This document shows positions 13,647-24,173 of a DNA stretch of 64,000 nucleotides, in pieces (the stretch's first letter is position 1; each line of letters begins with the position of its first letter). The translations under genes and the position numbers were made by a program. Below the pieces are notes generated by a model that had not been told where the DNA came from, searched no databases, and was given only the letters and a program-made list of their open reading frames with translations. The DNA lies in NCBI GenBank assembly GCA_951406725.2, contig OX597816.1, positions 99,634,001-99,698,000 of the forward strand, read 5' to 3'. The DNA comes from Octopus vulgaris. Taxonomy: Eukaryota.

Positions 13647-15073
13647 AAACCAAAGTCCTAATAAGTAACAAGGCAGACAAACCACAAATCCCTTCAGCTA
13701 GATGGCTCTGCTCAATCTGTAGAAAAAGCATAGGTAGAAACTCTATAAGATGTACCCAGTGTAAGCTATGGACACATAAGAGGTGCAGCAATATTAACGG
13801 AAGGCTAATTGGGAAGGTAGTTTTCATATGTGGTAGATGCTCAGGTGCAATAAACACTGAAAATGTGCAGAGAACAATTTCTGCCACATTCCAGGGAGAA
13901 AAACTAGAAGTAGTTGATAGCTTCCGTTACCTAGGTGACCAAGTCAGTTGCGAGGTGAGTGCATTGAAAGTGCAGCTGCTAGAATAAGAATAGCTTGGGC
14001 AAAGTTCAGAGAGCCCTTACCTCTGCTGGTGACAAAGGGCCTCTCACTCAGGTAGACTGTATGACACGTGTACGAACAGCCATGCTACATGGCAGTGAAA
14101 CATGGCCCATGACTGCTGAGGACATGCATAAGCTTGCAAGGAATGAAGCCAGTATGCTCTGATGGATGTGTAATGTCAGTGTTCATACTCGACAAGTGTA
14201 AGTACTTTGAGAGAAAAGTTGGACCTAAGAAGCATCAGTTGTAGTGTGCTAGAGAGATGACTGCACTGGTATGGTAATGTGGCAAGAATGTATGAGGATA
14301 GCTGTGTAAAAGAGTGCCACACCCTAGTGGTTGAGGGCACCTGTGGAAGAGGTAGACCCAGGAAGACCTAGAATGAGGTGGTGAAGCATGACCTTCGAAC
14401 ATTAGGCCTCACCGAGGCAACAACTAGTGACCGAGGCCTTTGGAAATATGTTGTGCTTGAGAAGACGTGGCAAGCCAAGTGAGACCATAATCAGTGACCT
14501 TATGCCAGAGGTGTGACCAGCCCACTTATGCATACCTTTCCTTCATTGGACACTAAACTCTGCTTGCAAAGATCTGTTGAGGCAAGTGAAATCGAAATCG
14601 GAATCAAATAGGATGACTGGCATCCGTGCTAGTGGAGTACTAAGAGCACCATCTGAACGTGATCATTGCCAGAAGCAGCTGACTGGTTTCCGTGCTGGGG
14701 ACACTTAAAAAGCACCATTCAAGCGTGATCATTACAAGCATCACCTTACTAGCACTTGTGCTGGTGGCACATGAAAAACTTTCGAGTGAGGTCATTGCCA
14801 GTGCCACTGGACTGGCTCCTGTGCAGGTGGCATGTAAAAAAGCCATTTGAGCGTGGCCATTGCCAGTACCACCAGACTGGCCCTCATGCTGGTGGCACAT
14901 AAAAGTACCCACTACACTCTTGGAGTGGTTGGCATTAGGAAGGGCATTCAGCTGTAGAAACTCTGCCAGATGAGATTGAAGCCTGGCACAGCCATCTGGT
15001 TTGCCAATACTCAGTCAAATCGTCATACCCATGCTAGCATGGAAAACTGGCGTTAAATGATGATGATGATGAT
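13647..15073 (+). mobile_element. 5'-truncated RTE-type LINE (RT C-terminus with PHD-like finger, 3' UTR, (GAT)n tail), inserted in (TA)n
   Basis: TKVLIS..WLCSICRK.., LEVVDSFRYLG, RIRIAWAKFRE, AMLHGSETW, LHWYGNV, GRGRPRKT; ends in (TGA)n. Confidence 0.93.
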
Positions 15074-15120
15074 ATATATATGTTATAATTTAGAACAAAC
15101 CGTTACTTTTTTATTATTAT

Positions 15121-15288
15121 TATCTTAATACATAAAATCTGTTCCGTCCGTCTGTCTGCCTGTCTGTGCGCTTATAACTCAAGTATTGTTCATTCGATTG
15201 CGCTGAAATTTTAAACATGGAAACGTGAGAGAGTGGGGCATTCCGTAATCTAAAAAGATTTTCAAAATCATTAGTTTCAAAGTGAGAA
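15121..15288 (+). mobile_element. Helitron/Helentron-like non-autonomous 5' end
   Basis: 'tatcttaatacataaaa' followed by a (CCGT/CTGT)n microsatellite and 'cattcgattgcgctgaaatttt'; this architecture is typical of DINE-1/HINE-like elements. Confidence 0.55.
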
Positions 15289-15304
15289 TCATCATCATTA
15301 TCAC

Positions 15305-15802
15305 CATCTACCAGTTTTTTGATTCCACACTGATACCAGTTCTTGTCCCTCAAGGCAAAGAACTCCTTCACTGAAGCTTCCACCTTCTCTTGGTTGATGA
15401 AGCATCACAAGAAGTCAGCCATGATTAGAAGAAGTGATAATCCAAGAGAGATATTTTCCCACAATCTGAAGACCAGAAGCAGTGGTTAAGCAAAGGCCAG
15501 CTTCCAGAGCCTGTCACCAAGCATGGGCATTTTGAACACAGGGTGATGTTCTACATGAAGTTGAATTATGGGGTTCAGATAATTCCCTATGAATTCATTC
15601 CAGACAGCTGAACCATCAATGCCAACCTGGAACAGATGCCATTGTGCAGAAAAAATGCCCAGCATTGGTTAACAGAGAGTGATCTCTTCTGCAATAGGAC
15701 AATGCAAGACCTCATACCACTCAAAAAACCTGGAATAAACTCCAGAAACTTGAGGGAATCAAATTGATGCCACAACCAGCATATAGCCTGGATCTAGCTC
15801 CT
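15305..15802. mobile_element. Mariner transposase remnant with internal inversion
   Basis: Plus strand 15446-15802: KQWLSKGQ..PALVNR..DNARPHT..PQPAYSLDLAP. Minus strand 15445-15305 continues LDYHFF..VEASVKEFFALRDKNWYQCGIKKL. Confidence 0.85.
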
Positions 15803-17114
15803 ACAACAGGTATAAAATCAAAGGAGAGATATCTAAAGTTTGCTGTTCCTCTCCATAGATTCTACACAAACTAGTTTTATTCGGGTTTTATTGTCAAAAG
15901 GACACAACACTAATTCTCTTTTTTTCCTTTCTTTTTCCATTTTGCTTTTCTTCACTCTTTCACATTTTGCATCCATCTTCCTCTCATTTTTTCTCATGGT
16001 TTTTCTTGTTCTATTGTCCTAGTTTGTATCTGGTATAGATTGTGTTCAGAGCCCTAAGATTGCATGGAGACAACAGACATGTTATAAAAACTTACCTAGA
16101 CTACATCTACAATATATGAAACTATTAGTAGTTCATAACTATTTACTGTGTGCATTAAATGATATATATATATATATATATATGCATGGCAAATGGAAAT
16201 TCAGTTGTCCAGCATAGCTAAAGACTGATCAGTAAGCTTGTGTTCTTTTCTGTTTTTGATAAGTACTTATAGAGTCTAATATCATTTTATCCTTTTATGT
16301 CCAAAATTTAAGTTGATTTGTAGAATAAATACTACAAGACACTTTGTTCAACATCCCTCTATCAATTTTGTCAACAGACATTTGGTCAGAAATGTTGAAA
16401 CTTCCATCAGAGTACATAGATTTGTTGGTATCTGGATGTTTTGCTTGATCTCTGTCAGTCTCTGTGAGCACATTGCTAATTACTGTTATTGTCAGATAAT
16501 AGTTTGGTGTAGTACTTACAGTCAGTTTTTATGGTGAAGTTTCTACATTAACAAGTGGAATATGCCAAAAAGTTTCAGAAACAAATATATAAAGCAACAA
16601 TAAAAAAACAACAAAATGACAAACCTGAGCAGAAGATAATTAATTTTATGTTGGAAAGAATAAACAAAAGAGAGTTCGTTAGGAAGAAAAGCAAAGTAGG
16701 GAAAAGAAGATTGAAATTCCATGAAAGAAGTTGTTACAAATGAAAGTTACAAAATGAATAACAGCAATAGACAGATTGAAAAGGTGTTTTACAGCTGAGA
16801 AAACTGTTTTTCTTCTGAGGGAAATAAGGTGTGAGATGACATGCTATGTATACGAGTGTTTCACAGGTGCTGAGTCAGTCATGTCTGTAAATTTATTCTG
16901 TATTTTCAAAAACTGGGCAGCCAGAAGCTAAGCATTCTTTTTTTTTTTTCTTTTTTTTTTTTTTGTCTGTGTTGATTACAAAGTTTGCAGTAGATGATAG
17001 CTTCTAGTTTTCAGGTGCAACAAAATAACGTACCATCAAGCAGTGAGAGTTGATAGTATCAACAAACACACTTACCTCAAAAACCACCTAAATTATTTTT
17101 GTAATTTTCAGTAT

Positions 17115-17330
17115 GTTGGCAGAATCATTAGAGAATCAGACAAAATGAATTCTGACATTTGTACTAGTTCATTACATTCTGACTTCAAATCCCACTAAAG
17201 TATTCTTCACCTTTCATCCATTTGGGGGTTGATAATTTAAAAGACCAGCCAAGTACTGGGGTTGATGTTATCAACTAAACCCTTTCTATAAAAAACACTC
17301 ATCTCTGCCTAAGTCATAGAACATTATTGT
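17115..17330 (+). mobile_element. SINE-A, old copy
   Basis: 'ttggcagaatcattag..ttcaaatcccact..cctttcatccatttgggggttgata..tactggggttgatg'. Confidence 0.75.
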
Positions 17331-17337
17331 TGGAAAA

Positions 17338-17883
17338 AATGGAATGTAGTGGCAGAGACTGACTTCAAAATGTTGAGCCTATCAGAGGAGAAGGTGGCAT
17401 ACTGTGATGAATGACAATATGCTGTATTTGAGAAGACCTGTCCATCTCAGATGAATTAAGGTTTTGTCAAGCCTTCTAACACTCATTCTTTCATCAATCT
17501 CCTGTTACACTATTTTCCTTCACTTCCCCTCCATTGAAATGATATCCTTTGCATCCAACTCATTTCCTATCTTTAATCATGTCACACTATTTTCACTCAG
17601 TGAGCTTACCTACATATCCACCTTTTCTGCTCTTCTACCTTATTCTGTCTCATATTCACCTTGTACTAGGACATCACATCTCTCTCTTATTCTCTCTCTC
17701 TCTCATTCCAAGTGGTTGAGCCATGTAGCCACTGCTTCAGCAAGACACCTGTCTTCCTATCTTTGATAGGGAGACAGTTGTGCAGGTAAATGACCACCTC
17801 ACCAGTGTTGATTCCATATAAAACATACCCAGCACACTGTTAAATGAGCGATATTGTGAAGGGCATCCAACTGTATAAACCAT
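17338..17883 (+). mobile_element. RTE 3' end, variant with pyrimidine-rich 3' UTR, fused at ~17884 to a SINE-B internal piece
   Basis: WNVVAETDFKMLSLSEE..YAVFEKTC matches the RTE ORF end; 'cagcaagacacctgt' is shared with 19310-19330 and 25805-25815; 'aagggcatccaactgta' tail motif. Confidence 0.7.
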
Positions 17884-18000
17884 ACAAGTGTCTTCTACTA
17901 TAGCCTCAGGCCTACCAAAGCCTTGTGAGTGGATTTGGTTGACAGCAACTGAAAGAAGTACATCATATACATACATATATATATGTGTGTGTGTGTGTGT

Positions 18001-18660
18001 CTAGTTAAGTCTATGTCTGGTTGCGCATCCACAACAGGCTTAGCCCCATGGACGTCTCATCAGACTCTTAAGCTGAAGATAAATGTAACTCTTTGCCTCT
18101 GGGAGGCAGGAATCCATTACAGTCATTTGATCAGTAAGTCACCAAAGAATTAATACTCTAGGGTCAGCAAGGATGGGTTATTTTCCTTATACCAGTTCAT
18201 CTGGGCCAAAAGTGGAGGAACAGAGGATTTTTCCCTCAGGCTGCTTTTAGATTGTAAGGACCCTTCTAGGTCTAATCGGAGAATGGGGAATCCCAAGCTT
18301 GCAGCAGGTAGCATTTGAAATGGGTGCAAAGACTGTAAACTTCTTGGCGAGTGTTCAGTGATCCAGTTTCAGGGAGTCTTTGAGTATCTTTGCTCACTCA
18401 GTTATATAAATCTTGCAGTGTTTGTTCTCATTAATGTAGGGTTCCAGCTGGTGTAAGACCCTCCACTTCATATCCCTATAGGGTTCTTTCATATTTGAGC
18501 TGCCACACGTGGCTGGCCAGGGATGTGACAAATCATCATTCCAGAATCCTGAAAGAGGACCTGTAGCTGTACAGGCACCGCTTGAAGGTCATCCCAGCTG
18601 ACCCAATATATTTCCAGGCCTGGGTTTTGTTTGTGCTCACATTATTGGTGTACCTTCAGT
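18001..18660 (-). mobile_element. Penelope-like element remnant: GIY-YIG endonuclease and 3' end
   Basis: Minus strand: WKYIGSAGMTFKRCLYSYRSSFR..TSLASHVWQLK..MKWRVLHQLEPYINENKHCKIYITE..LNTRQEVYSLCTH. This matches the PLE GIY-YIG pattern YIG..TFK.R...H.SSF..LS.HIW.LK..I.W.I..C.LC..E..LN.R.E..C.H. Confidence 0.85.
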
Positions 18661-18921
18661 TGGCTCTGGGCCTGCAGGTGTTGTTGCCACCAGTGTTGCT
18701 GGAGCTGCCATCAGTGTTGTTATCATTACAAGGCATGGGTCTGGTGATATAACCACAGCTGTTGCAGTTGTTGTCATTAGCAGTTCAGTAAAAGAGACTA
18801 AGCTTCAAAAAATAAGTCCTGGGATTGATTTGTTTGACTAAAACTCTTCAAGGGCAGTGACCCAAATGGCAGCACTCAAATGACTGAAACAAGTAAAAAA
18901 TTATTTATATATATATATATA

Positions 18922-19350
18922 TCATCATCATCATTATTTAATGTCTGCCTTTCATGCTGGCCTGGGTGCGACAGTTTGACAGGAGCTCACCAAGCAGAAG
19001 ACTGCACCAGACTTCTGAGTCTGTTTTGGCATGATTTTCACATGCCTTTCATAACACCAGCCACCCTGTAGAGAGGGCTGAGTGCTTTTTGCATGGCACC
19101 AGCTCAGGTGAGGTCAGTTCTGGCATTGTTTTTACTGCTGGATGCCCTTCCAAATGCCAACCACTTTACAGAGTGGATTGGATGCTTTTTAGCACTGGCA
19201 GGGTCACCAAATAACTTGCAAGACAAGGAATCTTTGAGCAGAGGGGGAGCATTGGAGGAGGTGATCTTGTGTCAGGTAATGAAAGATTATAGTGTGACAG
19301 AGAGAGACAGAAACAGGTGTCTTGCTGAAAAGGAGGTACATGATTACCAT
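18922..19350 (-). mobile_element. RTE 3' UTR fragment (variant UTR)
   Basis: (CAT)n tail and 'ctggatgcccttccaaatgccaaccac'. Confidence 0.8.
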
Positions 19351-19714
19351 ATCTATTTTCTCATTCTCATGGTTCTTGGCTGACTGAACCTGTTGTGCCT
19401 GCCCATTTTTGAAAACACTTCAGTCATCTGCATAGCCACTGTGCTTCCTGTACCAAAGTCACCAGTTGTCAGGGATTGTTGTGGGAGCTATCCATGAGAA
19501 ATAACAGGGCCAAGCCTATGTACACTGTATTGGATGACTGTTGACTGTAGCAAGTTCATCTGCCCTTTGACAAGTTTGGTTTTTCATTTTGCAGGGGGTC
19601 GTCAAAGTAAAACAAGCTTAACAGTGCTGCCAGTTTAGTCGAAATCAACTTGACCTTACAGCTGGTTGTATTGGATTGTATGTTACCAGTAGTGCTTGCA
19701 AGCGACCTGACATA

Positions 19715-19888
19715 AATACACATACACACACATATCTGATGATCCTGTGCATAATTTCTATTATGAAATTTTATTCACAAGTTTTTTGCTTAACTGAGGC
19801 TATAACACCAAGATACTACACAAGGGACCGAATCCAGAATCATGTGATTATAAAGCCCACTTCTTTACTTCACAGCTATCCCTGCTCC
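19715..19888 (-). mobile_element. SINE-B 5' half, old
   Basis: Reverse complement of the SINE-B head and body, decayed. Confidence 0.6.
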
Positions 19889-21760
19889 CACACTTTATAC
19901 ATCTTGGCCTGCTGTTTGCTTATTCATACTATCTTAACATTCTATTGACTTGCATAAAACTTACCCCTGTGTGCTAATTGCATGCTTACATTTACATCGG
20001 AAGTCTAATAAGATGATAACAATTACCTTAATATTCAGTAAGAAATTACTTTTAAATATGGATGATATAATCACCGACACATTAAAATATTCACCTTAGT
20101 AGCGTGGAAAACAAGAGAACAGAAACTAATACATCTATTCAGTGTTTTAGATTAACAAGTATAGGTTTCACATTGTGGAGTATAGAAAAGGAAAGTTGCT
20201 ATTTTCTTTAACCTTTTACTTTCCTGTTATTAACAATTTTATTAACAATTGAACTCTCAATTCTAAAGGTAGATTTGAATAAAGAATTCAGAAGTAAAAT
20301 GGCAATGAAAGAATTACTAGATGTATTTAAACTACATTCTAAAACACTGAATAAAGTGCTGAAAAGTACTTTGTTTTGTTTTTTTATTATTGTGTTAGCT
20401 TTATATTCTTGTAACCAATTTCACATCACAAAAATCTGTATTGAATTTAGATTCCATTATATGTTGTATCTTGTGAATGGTTTTCTAGCATCTTGTACAT
20501 TATCACAACTATAAATGCAATGTTCTCAGACATTCTATTCCTTAAAATGTCTAAAAAAATATAAAAATGAATAAAAAGAGAAAGAAAAGAATAAGAAAAC
20601 TGGGGAGATTGAAAATTGTGGTTCTGATTTTTATTTTATCCTTTTATCTCTTTCACTGTATTTTCATTTTTTACCATTGCACTAAAGAAAGACATTTTTT
20701 GACAAAGCATAAAGTCCCTGCTTTTTGGGATGGGTATAATGGGATATTGTAAACTCTACACTTTTCTCAAGAGCATTGAAGGTTTAAGTGGGATGAAATG
20801 GGCTTACATTAGTGTTATGATGTTATATTGTCAGGACTTTGCTTCTTGCCTTTCATCACTCACCATACCATGCAAAAATATTTTTGAATTATATAAAGGG
20901 AATATATTAATTTTACATAACTTCCTCTCACCACTTTCTCCCCCTGCAACTACTAGACAATGTATTTCAGCACTAAAAGATTTAGCAAATATTATGTTAC
21001 AAAGTAGCATTTTCCCTCTGATTGAGAAGCATCTATGTAGTCACTTGACCTGCAATAAACAGCTGTCAAATCTCCACTATATCCCTCTACTATCTTGTGA
21101 AATGCAAGGACACATTATTGATTTGATTCTAGATATTCTATTCCTGAAAAAAATTAATGTGATGGTTATGGCTGGCATGCCTTTAATGACCATAGGGATA
21201 CTCAGTGAGGCTTGATTTAGTATGCTTTGCACATATTTTCTACCTTGAGTAAATGATTTCAAGGAAAAAGATTGATGTGATTCACTCAAAAATCTTGTTA
21301 ATATTCCCCAAAATTGTTGGCCTTGTGCCAAAATTTGAAACCAATATTAGTAGAAGGATACTGTTAGGAAAGCCCTGAGGCAGTTTTATTTTATGAGCTT
21401 TTCATGAACCAATGAAAAAATAACGTTATTGCTTGACCAGCTAGTAATGGTAACTAAATTTCTTACAAATCTTATCCTTCCATCTTTAAAACCTGAAGTA
21501 AACAGTGAATCATGTAGTCCTGTATTCATAGATATGCTATATACAGAAAGAAAAAACCAAATACTATGAATTAAAGCATCCAAAATGTTGAAGATTAGAA
21601 TGTTCTTGGTTATAAACTAACCTAATATGGGTGACTTGGGTTGAACAGCAACAACAACAGCATTCTTCCATTCAGACAAGACTGCAAATTGAACCATATT
21701 AATTTCACTTATGCCAATGCTCTTGTCTCAGAAGATAGTCAAAGTCTATGTGTTGAGACA

Positions 21761-23056
21761 TACAAGGAGGTACCCAAAAGTAACCAGAAATGTTCTTTGT
21801 GGGACAAGCCACTTGTAGTTCAGGTGTACACCACTAGAAGCCACTTGATGCAACCCTCAGGCACCAGTTTGCCAACCAGCAGTGTCGAGTGTAGTCATAA
21901 TGCTACATGGTGTGTCTTTGTTTTGCAGTGCTTCTTCCCTGTTCATTAATTTTTGCAATGGTTGAAAAGATGGAACAGCATACTTCTGGGAAATTTTGTT
22001 TTCTGCTGGGGTAAACAGTGACTGAAACAGTTATCACGCTTCAAAGAATGCTACCATGAGCAAAACACAAGTTTATGAGTGGTTTTCCTGCTTTAGGAAC
22101 GTTCACTTCTTGCTTGAAGACCTACCTTGTTCAGGGCAACTATCAACCTACCGAACAAATGAAAACACCAAGAAAATTCATGAACTGATCGTGGAGAATC
22201 ATCACTGAACAATTGATTGACTTATTGATATGACTGGTGTATCCTGGAGCTCCAGTCAACGAATATTGAGCAAGGAATTGCAAATGAAAACAGTTGCAAC
22301 AAAATTTGTGCCTTGTTTGCACACAAAAGATCAAAAGCAGTAATAACTGAATATGTGTTGTGAACTGAAGTTGATCCAGTTGGAAGTTGATCCAGACCTT
22401 TTTTCGAAGATCATCACTGGTGATGAAAGTTGGTTCTATGACTACAATCCATAAATGAAACAGCAATCAAGTCAATGGAAATATTCAGTGTCACCACACC
22501 GAATGAAGTCCAATGACAAGATGATGCTGATTTGTTTCATTAATGTGAAAGGAATTGTCCACACAGAATTTGCTCCTGCTGGTCAAAGAGTTAACCAGAC
22601 ATTTTACTCACCAGTTCTGAAGTGTTTGTGTGATGCAGTGCGACAAAAATGCCCTGACTTGTGGAAAAGTGGAGAGTGGTGGTTTCATCGCGACAATGTG
22701 CCAGCATGTGAGACAGTTTTTGACCGAAAATGGCATGACTCCACTTATCCACCCTCCCTATTAATCTGATCTTGCTCCTTGCAACTTTTGCTTTGTTGCC
22801 CCAAATGAAAAAAATTCATAAAGGAAAACATTTTAAAATGTGGAACTGGTGAAGAAAAAAACAATGGAAGCATCAAAAGGCATCACTTCACAAGAGTTCC
22901 AGAACTGCTTCAAACAGTGGAAAACACATCTGGACCAATGAATTGCTTCAAATGGAGAATACTTTAATAAAAGTGGCAATAAAAGTGTAAACATGTAAAA
23001 GAAAGTAAATGAAATAATACTGCAAAATTCCTGTTTCTTTTGGGTACTCCCTTGTA
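21761..23056 (+). mobile_element. Full-length (~1.3 kb) mariner-like DNA transposon
   Basis: TIRs TACAAGGAGGTACCCAAAAGTAACCAGAAAT / ATTCCTGTTTCTTTTGGGTACTCCCTTGTA with TA at both ends. Confidence 0.95.
21958..22975 (+). pseudogene. Mariner (DD34D-type) transposase pseudogene
   Basis: MEQH..KFCFLLG*T..ET, VYEWF, IITGDESWFYDYNP*MKQQSSQWK, KMMLICF..KGIVHTEF, WWFHRDNVPA, SDLAPCNF. Stops, frameshifts, third catalytic D apparently mutated. Confidence 0.93.
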
Positions 23057-23954
23057 CCTTCCCTTGCAAAATAACGGCAATGTTCCTCATAATCATTTGA
23101 GATTTTCAAAATACAGCGTAGTTGGATACTATGCTGATATATTTTAACCATTTACTGACTACATTTCTAATTAAATACTCTGTCCATCTGTGTTGATCAA
23201 ATTTTGTAAACAATCAAGAATTGATAAGCGGTTTAGTGAAACAACTAATCTCTCTGATATTAATCTGGTGTTTGAATCATCATCATCATTTTAATGTCCA
23301 CTTTTACTACATGTATGAGTCAGACAAAGTTTATTGAGGCAAATTTTGACAACCCCATTGGTTTCCAAGCAGAGTGATATTTACCCATGGCCAGATGTGT
23401 TTTCATAGAATACTGGAAATGTAAAACATTGTGTAATAGTTACATCCATTTACAACTATCATGCCATGTCAAACAAGGAGACAACCATACACTTCTTAAC
23501 CACACAGTCATGCTTGTGCCAATCAGGAAATTTGTATCATGGAACCAAAGGTAGTCTCCAGGGAATTAGTAACCTTAAACTTACAAGACATTCTAGAAAT
23601 ACATTCAACTAGTAATGGTTCTTTTCTTTATAGACATATGTTAGCGATTGTGTCAGATTATATATTTTCAACCGAGGTTTCACAGTAATAAACATAGCAA
23701 CAACTGAAGTCAACTCACACAAGACTAAATTCAACTTACGTATCTATTTATTAATTTGAGTCATTTATACACATTTCAACCAGCAGTGTCTTCAGGTATC
23801 AAATGTGATACAGTAATAGTTAAAGAAATATTGTTACTATGATTATTAGGTTACAAATTCGAACCTTGCTCTTATGATGTGTTTTTGAACAAAGTACTTA
23901 AATCTGACTGAAGAAATAGGTCTATCTTCAATATCTCAATGAAGGGTTTCATGA

Positions 23955-24173
23955 AGGCAGCAAGCTGGCAGAAACGTTAGCATACTGGGCAAAATGCTTA
24001 GTGGTATTTCGTCTGTCTTTATGCTCTGAGTTCAAATTTTGCTGATGTCAACTTTGCCTTTCATCTTCTTGGGGTCAATAAATTAGGCACCAGTTGTGTA
24101 CTGGAGTCAATCTAATCAACTGGCCCCCTCCCACAAGATTTCAGGCCTTGCACCTAGGGCAGAAAAGAATCAT
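23955..24173 (+). mobile_element. SINE-A full length (tail type 1)
   Basis: A-box-like tggcagaaacg and B box gagttcaaattt; TSD AGGGTTTCATGA (23943-23954) / AGGGTTCATGA (24174-24184). Confidence 0.92.

Noticed and set aside
14620-14915. CRISPR-like repeat-spacer array
   Set aside because: Spacers are related to each other, the context is a eukaryotic LINE UTR, and there are no cas genes.
17068-17095. 12-nt microexon on minus (ag|GTGGTTTTTGAG|gtaagt)
   Set aside because: No polypyrimidine tract; likely chance.
20730-21215. 161-aa ORF
   Set aside because: No recognisable motif, overlaps a family-E repeat, no splice support.
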